From a virus, in IMG/VR virus record IMGVR_UViG_3300006921_000009, positions 23,305 through 87,304 of that record: a DNA stretch of 64,000 bases. The stretch is one strand, 5' to 3'. How positions within the stretch are numbered: position 1 is the stretch's first letter; the number at the start of each line of letters is the position of its first letter. Under the pieces are notes generated by a model. It did no database searches, was not told the origin of the DNA, and worked only from the letters and a program-made list of their open reading frames with translations. Both the position numbers and the translations under genes were made by a program. Positions 9,349-16,542 of this stretch are shown piece by piece.

Positions 9349-11339
9349 TAGTGTGTCCAGTATTTCTCAATACACGCTTCTGCTTTTAATGGTACTCTTC
9401 TACACCATACATCACCTGCTGATTCCATATTCCTTTGCAACATTTCTGCTGCATAAGTTTGATGTTTCTCTGTACTTTCTAAGATAATCTCATCGTGTAC
9501 AGTAGCTACAATCTTAATTTCATCTAGCAAACCTTTAGCTGTAAGCTCGTCTTGTATTAAAACTAGAGCAAACTTAGTGATACTTCCTGCTTCTCCTTGA
9601 ATAATATAATTCATAGCAGCACGTTCCATAGCACCCTTTAGTTTATTGACAGTCTTTTTATCTCCACGATAATCAGCAGCTCTAAGAGCTTTAATATCTT
9701 TGTAATAAAACTTACGTTTAGAAATTGTATCTATCAATATATAACCTTGGTTTAATGACTTAGCTTTACTACGCTCAAAGAACTCTAAGAGTCCAGGGAA
9801 AGCACTAAAGTAATCATTAAATACAGCTTCGCCTCTCTCTGCAGAAAGACCTAAGTTTTTAGCAATAGTGTGTCCATTACCACCATAAGCTAACGCAAAA
9901 CCAGCACCCTTAGCAATCTGACGTAAATCAGGTCTCTGCTTTTTAATGTTATCTAAATCAATACCCTCTAGTTCTTCAGGGAATAGTTTAGACGCAATAT
10001 AAGAGTGCATATCATTAAAATCTCCATCATAAAATGCTAGTAAATCCTTGTCCATAGACTTGTTTACTAATATAATACTTTCTTGACCAGAATAATCTGC
10101 GTTAATCATACTACAACCATCAGGTGCATCAAATGCATACCTAAATTGGTCTTGTCTAGGGTCTCCATGCTCATAATCCATATCTAAAGTAGACGGAATA
10201 TTTTGCTGATTAGGTGAACTAGAACTCATCCTACCTGTATTAACAAGTTGATTGTAGTTAGAGTGTATCCTTTTTGTCAAAGGATTAATGTGTTTTAAGA
10301 AATTCTCGCCAAATGTTGTGACAGCTTGTCTGTATTCCATTGTATTTAAGTACAATTTGACAAAATCTCTCACTTTATCTGACAAATCAGCAGTAACCAA
10401 TAAGGCTTCTACTTCTTTTGCCTCTACTGTGTAGCTCATCTTTTTGGTAGCTTTAGATTTTGCAACTGGGCAACAACCTAAGTACTTAAAGAACTCTACA
10501 ACTTGTTTAGACGATGACCATTGTATAGCACACGTAAAACCGGGGTTAAACATATCTAATTGTCTATCTACGAATGGTGAATCAGGATAATTTTCCATAA
10601 CGTGGGCATCTAATTGCCTTGTCTGGTCTTTAAACTTTATTAGATTCTTTTGATATGTATTTAACCATTTCTCAGAGTTAAAGTTCATACCATTAAATTC
10701 CATCTCGCCTAATACAGCTGTTACTCTAAATTCTAGTCTACATACATTGGCTAAATCTTTTTTCTCAAGTTCTACCAATTGCATATCTCTAATCTTTAGA
10801 GGTAACTCTATATCTTCTGCACCATATTTAATCTCCTCTGTTGTAAAAGGTCTATCTCCTATGGTAAGAAAACTAAGTCTAATAGCTTTATCTACTTCTA
10901 TGTCTAAATAACGTAGAATTAGAGCTTTTAGCCCGTACTCTAAATGATAACCATTGTGTAATAGCTTTTCTGCTATCATTGTATCATATAGAGCATTAAT
11001 ACGAACACCATACTTAGATAGTATGTGCTTGTACTCAAATTTAATGTTATGACCAACCAGAGTAATGTCTGGGTTAGTAAGAACAGGTAATAATAAGGTA
11101 ATGTCTACGTTTCTTGTATCAATTATGTACTGTACATCAACATCACCTATTTGCAACATAACTATATCAGAAGTGTGTGGGTCTAAGCCCTCTATGTGAA
11201 ACCACTTGTTGTATTTTCTCGTTGTTTCAATATCCAATCCGAGCAGGGTTCTAGTGTTACAATAGGTCACACATTCTTCTATAGTCGCTAATTCATAAGG
11301 CGTATCTATGCTAGTTTGGTTTGTTACCAATTTAATCAT
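9348..11339 (-). CDS. polA: Family A DNA polymerase with 3'-5' exonuclease domain
   Basis: Exonuclease motifs LDIET, GHNIKFE, YGAED; TGRMSSSSPNQQNIP; motif A ADYSGQE, motif B RQIAKGAGFALAYG, motif C VHDE. Confidence 0.95.
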   Translation of the reverse strand: MIKLVTNQTSIDTPYELATIEECVTYCNTRTLLGLDIETTRKYNKWFHIEGLDPHTSDIVMLQIGDVDVQYIIDTRNVDITLLLPVLTNPDITLVGHNIKFEYKHILSKYGVRINALYDTMIAEKLLHNGYHLEYGLKALILRYLDIEVDKAIRLSFLTIGDRPFTTEEIKYGAEDIELPLKIRDMQLVELEKKDLANVCRLEFRVTAVLGEMEFNGMNFNSEKWLNTYQKNLIKFKDQTRQLDAHVMENYPDSPFVDRQLDMFNPGFTCAIQWSSSKQVVEFFKYLGCCPVAKSKATKKMSYTVEAKEVEALLVTADLSDKVRDFVKLYLNTMEYRQAVTTFGENFLKHINPLTKRIHSNYNQLVNTGRMSSSSPNQQNIPSTLDMDYEHGDPRQDQFRYAFDAPDGCSMINADYSGQESIILVNKSMDKDLLAFYDGDFNDMHSYIASKLFPEELEGIDLDNIKKQRPDLRQIAKGAGFALAYGGNGHTIAKNLGLSAERGEAVFNDYFSAFPGLLEFFERSKAKSLNQGYILIDTISKRKFYYKDIKALRAADYRGDKKTVNKLKGAMERAAMNYIIQGEAGSITKFALVLIQDELTAKGLLDEIKIVATVHDEIILESTEKHQTYAAEMLQRNMESAGDVWCRRVPLKAEACIEKYWTH

Positions 11340-11360
11340 AATTATACGCTTTACTTATTA

Positions 11361-11597
11361 TTAAATGCATTCTACATCATACAATGCCAGGATAGGGTTA
11401 GGCATGTCTTCTGTTTCTGCGTTAGTACTGAATACTTCGTTTAAGTTATAAACATAAGTACACTCAGTAATGAATTGTATCATTTCTTTTTCTGTGGTAA
11501 ATTCTATAATACCTGAATCTTTGCATTCTGACATAAAAGCTGTGTGATCATCATTGTCATCACACGCATAATGTACAGTAAATTTTTCTTCGTTCAT
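11361..11597 (-). CDS. Small acidic hypothetical protein
   Basis: 78-aa ORF co-oriented with the arm; A-rich start context. Confidence 0.55.
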   Translation of the reverse strand: MNEEKFTVHYACDDNDDHTAFMSECKDSGIIEFTTEKEMIQFITECTYVYNLNEVFSTNAETEDMPNPILALYDVECI

Positions 11598-11704
11598 TTT
11601 TGTTAGTTTATGATATTAATAAAATAATGCCCAGAGTCATCACTCTCCGGGCATCTTTAACCTTAAGGTTTTTTATTTAATGTAAGTTAACCTAAAACTT
11701 ACTT

Positions 11705-11770
11705 GTGATCCCCTACAAGGTTGCGACCCTTGATAAATCCGCTTGAATAGGGGAAATAGCCGAAGCTATT
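11705..11770 (-). ncRNA. tRNA-like minihelix (acceptor stem plus T-arm geometry) preceded by a cUUCGg hairpin
   Basis: Minus strand: AATAGC-TTCG-GCTATT, then TCCCCTA-15 nt-CAAGG-GTCGCAA-CCTTG-TAGGGGA-TCAC. That is a 7-bp stem plus a 5-bp stem with a 7-nt loop. Confidence 0.35.
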
Positions 11771-11779
11771 ATGGTATTC

Positions 11780-12217
11780 TTATGCTTCCTCTGATATAGT
11801 ATCAAGACGAGCAATACGTTCGTTAATTTGAGCTGTTTCTTCTGCAAGAGACTCCTCATATGCTGTAACAATAGTAGCACGTTTTTCTACAAGAGTTTGA
11901 ACATTAGCCTTTGCTAATTCAATTCCTCTCCAGTAAGAAGGTACTAATAAATCAATGTCAGCGTTAGACGCTACATCTGCTACATTAACGTTTAAGAACG
12001 CGGCATCAACTGCATCCTGTGCATCTGCTTCTGCTTCTGTTAAATCTTCTATAGAACGGTTATAGTTAAATTCTAATAACTCTACTCTTTTGTTAAGAGT
12101 TTCTATCTCACGTGCAAGGTTTTTACGTACTTTCGCAAAGAAAGTTTCTAATTTACCTGCATCTCCAAGCTCATTGTGAGCTACAATTTTGTTAATTAAA
12201 TTAAATTCTGAATTCAT
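11780..12217 (-). CDS. Coiled-coil hypothetical protein
   Basis: 145 aa, helical heptad-like pattern rich in Ala and Glu. Confidence 0.7.
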   Translation of the reverse strand: MNSEFNLINKIVAHNELGDAGKLETFFAKVRKNLAREIETLNKRVELLEFNYNRSIEDLTEAEADAQDAVDAAFLNVNVADVASNADIDLLVPSYWRGIELAKANVQTLVEKRATIVTAYEESLAEETAQINERIARLDTISEEA

Positions 12218-12236
12218 GTTGTTTGTTTTTGTTTTA

Positions 12237-12968
12237 TTAATAAATCGTTAACTTCTCTATTTTTAAGCTATCTAAATCTGTACTGTTATATAGCATTTCT
12301 TTTGGTGATAAGTTTTTATTGACAACTACGTTATCCCCGTGTCTAGCATCTATTGTAATTACACTATTACGTCGTACAGCGCATTCTCTCTTTAATAGAT
12401 TAATTAGAGCATCAGTACTTTCTCCGTACTCATCATTTTCTAAATAATAACCTTGATAATCTTCTGTTATATGCATAACTACTGCTTCAGGTGTATTACT
12501 TTCTACAAAAGAATCTATATCTACAGGTGCTATACCTAAAAGATCATAAATATAATCCCAACACTCTAATGTTGCAGATTCAGGTATTATCATCCCATCA
12601 GTAACCTTGTAGTTAATAGAAGCCTCATCTGTTACAAAACTTACGTAGCTACCTACTTTGTAGATTCTATCGTACTCTTCTTCCTCTTCTTCTTCAGGAT
12701 ATGCTATACTCATATACTCATTAGCAGCTTCCTGCGCCTCCTCAAGTGTAGTAAACAAAGCTATACTATCGTCATCTTCTTTATAACCTATCTCAAAAAA
12801 CAGCTCATAGTCTTCATCTAAATACAAGACGTTAGTCTCAGTGTTATAGTCATATACATAATAGATCTCTCCTACTAAAAAATGTTGATTGTTTCCTCTT
12901 GTAAACACAAGATAGTTATTTAATGCTAAATCTATATCATGTTCTAAACTGGTAAATTCTACTCTCAT
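12237..12968 (-). CDS. Highly acidic hypothetical protein
   Basis: 243 aa, rich in Asp, Glu and Tyr, with a poly-Glu run. Confidence 0.7.
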   Translation of the reverse strand: MRVEFTSLEHDIDLALNNYLVFTRGNNQHFLVGEIYYVYDYNTETNVLYLDEDYELFFEIGYKEDDDSIALFTTLEEAQEAANEYMSIAYPEEEEEEEYDRIYKVGSYVSFVTDEASINYKVTDGMIIPESATLECWDYIYDLLGIAPVDIDSFVESNTPEAVVMHITEDYQGYYLENDEYGESTDALINLLKRECAVRRNSVITIDARHGDNVVVNKNLSPKEMLYNSTDLDSLKIEKLTIY

Positions 12969-13078
12969 TTTCTTGTTTAATTTGGTTTAATTAATGCAAA
13001 TAAAATTACAAAGCGCAGTAGTCTACTGATTCCCTAAAGGAACAAACTATTTAATTTATCGCTGGTAATTTTAATGTT

Positions 13079-13354
13079 TTAGAATTGAGATACTAAGTAC
13101 AATGTACCTAATAGAGCAAGAACAGCACCTACACTAGCCATAACGTTACGTTTTGCTGGTGTTTTACGTTCTGCACAACAATCTTTTGCTTCCTCACGAT
13201 TTAACTCTTGTCTGGCAATAAAGTCAGCCATTTCATCACAAGCGTAATGTACAGCTGTTGTGTTGTTACTCTTACGTCCCATTGCAGTTAATCTATCTTT
13301 GATAATCTCCAAAGACTCCTGTGACGGTGTGTAAATTCTTCTTTTGTTTTGCAT
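13079..13354 (-). CDS. Hypothetical protein with C-terminal transmembrane anchor
   Basis: Hydrophobic tail VMASVGAVLALLGTLYLVSQF. Confidence 0.6.
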   Translation of the reverse strand: MQNKRRIYTPSQESLEIIKDRLTAMGRKSNNTTAVHYACDEMADFIARQELNREEAKDCCAERKTPAKRNVMASVGAVLALLGTLYLVSQF

Positions 13355-13372
13355 TCTATATTTATTTGTGGA

Positions 13373-13846
13373 TTACTGTTTAATTAGGTACATTAAATTA
13401 CCTGTAAGTTGTGTGAACGTATCTGCTGTAAAATTTGTTACTGTTATACAGGCAGGTCCACCGTACCAGAATATGAACTCTATTTCACAATCTGTGTCTA
13501 AACTATAAGTATTAAATTGGTACCCTACTACTTCTCCTATTTTATTAACTACAGGCTTACTGTAGCTTACTAAATAAAAAAGATGGTTTACACATTTATA
13601 GTCTTTATTAAAGTCCATTTGCATAATGTAGGATATACCTTTATCTTCTACTATAGAAAAAGTAGTTGGTCCCTCTACGAGGACATCTAATAGCAAATTC
13701 TCTGCTATTCTATGATCTAAATTTTCTGATTCTGTAATTTGATACTGTGTAAATTGTACTTGTCCATACAAATTGTTGTTTGCACAAAGCATTAGTATAA
13801 AACTTCCCGCAAGGAAAAGTAATAATTTAAATGTTGATTCTTTCAT
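13373..13846 (-). CDS. Secreted hypothetical protein
   Basis: Signal-like N-terminus ending LYG-Q, typical of Bacteroidota Sec substrates with Gln at +1; beta-rich body. Confidence 0.6.
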   Translation of the reverse strand: MKESTFKLLLFLAGSFILMLCANNNLYGQVQFTQYQITESENLDHRIAENLLLDVLVEGPTTFSIVEDKGISYIMQMDFNKDYKCVNHLFYLVSYSKPVVNKIGEVVGYQFNTYSLDTDCEIEFIFWYGGPACITVTNFTADTFTQLTGNLMYLIKQ

Positions 13847-13891
13847 AATCTTTCTTTTAATGATTAATAATTAATTGATGATATAATAGCC

Positions 13892-14068
13892 TTGAGAGTT
13901 ACTGATTAGCTAGAAATTTCAATGTTATAGCGAGTATGGGTCTGATCCTATCCTACAAACACTAAAGCTGGGCAAGCCCATCTGCAGTTCTACTTTAGCA
14001 TAAGAGTTTAGCGATACTCCGATCACTGACTTCTCCATTCTACCGTTACTAGTAATAGTAACTCTCAA
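13892..14068 (-). ncRNA. Candidate structured RNA with long closing stem and pseudoknot
   Basis: Perfect 12-bp inverted repeat TTGAGAGTTACT/AGTAACTCTCAA, crossing stems GAGTAT/ATACTC and TGATC/GATCA, G(CUUG)C tetraloop on the minus strand. Confidence 0.45.
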
Positions 14069-14255
14069 TATTTTAATTCTAAGGTTTAATAAAAATAGAG
14101 TATATAATAGTAATCTGCCCTTTCTAGGATAGATTAAAAATTACTGTGTCCTGTTCAACTCCACTGTAGAAATTGAATCAGTTATCCTCTATACGAACTC
14201 TTGGGTTAGTGCACTAACTCTTGGGTCCTCACATGCAGTGTTTTAGCCGGTGATA

Positions 14256-14477
14256 CTAAAGGAGATCTTTGTTATCCTTTATTCCTTTGGCTGAGGTCAT
14301 ATGTTTAACCTGGTCTTTTAATTCTTTACCAATTACATTTCTCCAGTATCCTTCTCCAAATAGAGATTGCTTACCTGATTCTGTAACGGCTTTAATTTGG
14401 TCTTCTAATACTTCTACGTGGGCATCAATTGCATCTATTAAAAATGCAAGTTCAAACCCGTTAAATTTACTCCTCAT
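14256..14477 (-). CDS. Hypothetical protein
   Basis: 73-aa ORF overlapping the upstream ORF, as in an operon. Confidence 0.6.
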   Translation of the reverse strand: MRSKFNGFELAFLIDAIDAHVEVLEDQIKAVTESGKQSLFGEGYWRNVIGKELKDQVKHMTSAKGIKDNKDLL

Positions 14478-14766
14478 TTCCTAAAGTTTTAAATAATTCA
14501 TTCATAAGGTCGTCTGCGTGTATTGCATAACTTTCTCCTATAAAATCTACTTCGTGTTCTAAATACTCATATTTACTATGCTCGTTAGATTGTTTTTCTA
14601 CTAATTTAATTAGTACCTCTATTAGTACGTCTTTATTAGTATACATAACCATATCCATACTCGCATTTTCTATTACAAATACTTGTCCACCTTTTGGTTT
14701 CCAATATGGTGTATCTGTATCTGAGTAGTTTTCATAATACTGTGCTGTTATTCTAATATCTGCCAT
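14467..14766 (-). CDS. Hypothetical protein
   Basis: 99-aa ORF containing QYYENY...YWKPKGG. Confidence 0.7.
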   Translation of the reverse strand: MADIRITAQYYENYSDTDTPYWKPKGGQVFVIENASMDMVMYTNKDVLIEVLIKLVEKQSNEHSKYEYLEHEVDFIGESYAIHADDLMNELFKTLGNEE

Positions 14767-14843
14767 ATGTTTTAAATTAAACCCCCAGGATAAAACATCC
14801 CAGGGCTAATATGAATAATATGACTTGGATAGTATCTAATACT

Positions 14844-15005
14844 CTACTCCACGTCATCTAGTAAACTTTGTATTGTTTCTATGTTAGCCATAGAACATCT
14901 GATACTATCAGTGTCTGGCTCCCATATCTGTTTCTCTAATAGGTTAAAGTCTTCGTGTAATTGACTCAACCTAAAAAGAATCTCGTCTTTTACTGCTTCT
15001 TCCAT
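14844..15005 (-). CDS. Small acidic hypothetical protein (53 aa)
   Basis: Manual translation MEEAVKDEILFRLSQLHEDFNLLEKQIWEPDTDSIRCS...; A-rich start context. Confidence 0.5.
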   Translation of the reverse strand: MEEAVKDEILFRLSQLHEDFNLLEKQIWEPDTDSIRCSMANIETIQSLLDDVE

Positions 15006-15324
15006 TTTGTTGTTAAATTTTAGTTAATTATTTGTTTATTAGCACCATTGAGTTGCCAATGGTCACGATATAATCCAATATCTTGCTGTAAACTCCTAAG
15101 TGTATTCCTCCAACATATTACAATACAGTTGGTACACTTGATAGATTTAATTTATTTATATTCTATCTTTATTGTGCAAATACAAGCTAACTAACAACTA
15201 AGTTGCGTTAGGATGTAAAATACAAGGACAGAGGTTTATCCTATATTACGAAGGCTTTGTTTATTAATGCACTTAAGCACTCTGGAATAATTTAAACGGG
15301 TTTCCAGATTTAATTCCGTACCTA

Positions 15325-15549
15325 TTACGTTATTTTTATAGTTACACAGAATATTAGAAATTTCAAATGAAACATCTTATAAGTATTAGCATTTAACTTT
15401 ACACTATGCCATACTATACTAGGAGTTAAATGTATTAATTTAACTTTAGTTTTAGGTTTATATGTTACGTTAAATTTTATAGTCATAATTTCCTTTCTAT
15501 AGTTTATAATTCTGCGGTAAATGAACAGTATCCTGTTTCTCGAAGACAA
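15325..15549 (-). CDS. Hypothetical protein (true start probably the internal ATG, MTIKF)
   Basis: Co-oriented ORF whose annotated start overlaps the upstream gene. Confidence 0.4.
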   Translation of the reverse strand: MSSRNRILFIYRRIINYRKEIMTIKFNVTYKPKTKVKLIHLTPSIVWHSVKLNANTYKMFHLKFLIFCVTIKIT

Positions 15550-15860
15550 TCTAAGATTTTCTTACCTAAGTTATAATCAGCGTAATCACTCATATCCTTC
15601 GCAGTTATACCTGCTTCTTCTGCGTCTTCATTTTTATAAGTAGCTTTTCCTAAAGAATTAAAAAATGAGTCTACTTTATCATAAGATTCTTTGATAGTAG
15701 CAAGTTCTGATTCTATACCTTCAGCGTGCTCTTCCTCATCAAAATAATATTCAACAAGTTCTGGTACGTGACCTTCAGCTCCAAATCTATCTGCTGCTGT
15801 GCTACTTTGTACTGCGAACATAAACTTTCCTTCTATGTCTCCATTATAATATCTTCCCAT
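15504..15860 (-). CDS. Hypothetical phage protein
   Basis: MGRYYNGDIEGKFMFAVQSS N-terminus; 118 aa. Confidence 0.7.
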   Translation of the reverse strand: MGRYYNGDIEGKFMFAVQSSTAADRFGAEGHVPELVEYYFDEEEHAEGIESELATIKESYDKVDSFFNSLGKATYKNEDAEEAGITAKDMSDYADYNLGKKILDCLRETGYCSFTAEL

Positions 15861-15878
15861 CTTTTTCTTTGTTTTAAG

Positions 15879-16169
15879 TTAATAATTACTTTCTTGTTGT
15901 ATTAGAATGTACTCTTTAATATATTCTACTACTGCTTTATGTGTATCTCTTATAGACCTTGTAAACAAAGCTTTTTCAATACTTTCTACAGGTTCAAATT
16001 GTATGTGGTCAATATCTTCTATTACGGGCATCAACCAATCCCACGATTGGTGGAATTTTAGTTCATCAAAAGTATTGTCATTTAGACCTAACACTCCTTT
16101 ATTGTCGTACCAACCAATATCAGTTAGTTGCATATCCATAAACTCCGCTATTAATTTGTTTTCTTCCAT
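15879..16169 (-). CDS. Hypothetical protein, tandem paralog B
   Basis: NKLIAEFM...SWDWLMPV...AVVEYIKEY, homologous to 16120-16470. Confidence 0.7.
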   Translation of the reverse strand: MEENKLIAEFMDMQLTDIGWYDNKGVLGLNDNTFDELKFHQSWDWLMPVIEDIDHIQFEPVESIEKALFTRSIRDTHKAVVEYIKEYILIQQESNY

Positions 16170-16470
16170 CTGTTCTATTGTTGTATTCTTTTATAAATTC
16201 TACTATTGCTTGGTATATTACATCTATAGGCACGACGTTTTGTATGCTATAAAAATCCTTAATCATCTCACTATCATTAGAAATGTCAAGGCATTTTTGT
16301 ACTACGGGCATCAACCAAGCCCAAGAATATTTATATTGCATATCACTAGGAGTAGTTGGAGTAGCTACTTTTGGATGTTTATACCCTTCAGTAAAATATC
16401 CATATGCTGCAATACTGCAAGGTACTTTTGGTAACTCCATAAAGTCTGCTATTAATTTGTTACTTTCCAT
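16120..16470 (-). CDS. Hypothetical protein, tandem paralog A
   Basis: NKLIADFM...SWAWLMPV...AIVEFIKEY. Confidence 0.7.
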   Translation of the reverse strand: MESNKLIADFMELPKVPCSIAAYGYFTEGYKHPKVATPTTPSDMQYKYSWAWLMPVVQKCLDISNDSEMIKDFYSIQNVVPIDVIYQAIVEFIKEYNNRTDGRKQINSGVYGYATN

Positions 16471-16499
16471 CTGCGTATACAGTTTGTTTGGTTTAATTT

Positions 16500-16534
16500 A
16501 AAAAGGGTAGTGAGAGGTTTTCTGTCACTACCCT
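16500..16534 (-). terminator. Intrinsic terminator after the T9SS-cargo-like gene
   Basis: 10-bp stem AGGGTAGTGA/TCACTACCCT with a U-tract on the minus strand. Confidence 0.65.
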
Positions 16535-16542
16535 AATATTAA

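Noticed and set aside
827-9487. Plus-strand ORFs in the left arm (827, 1043, 3716, 4070, 6319, 7557, 8213, 9098, 9296)
   Set aside because: They are antisense shadows of well-supported minus-strand genes and carry no recognisable motifs.
11705-11760. A canonical tRNA gene
   Set aside because: There is no D arm or anticodon arm and the T-loop is non-consensus, so it is kept only as a tRNA-like element. No complete cloverleaf was seen elsewhere.
14190-14230. CRISPR-like mini-array (AACTCTTGGG twice)
   Set aside because: Only two 10-nt copies with a very short spacer, and no cas genes in the window.
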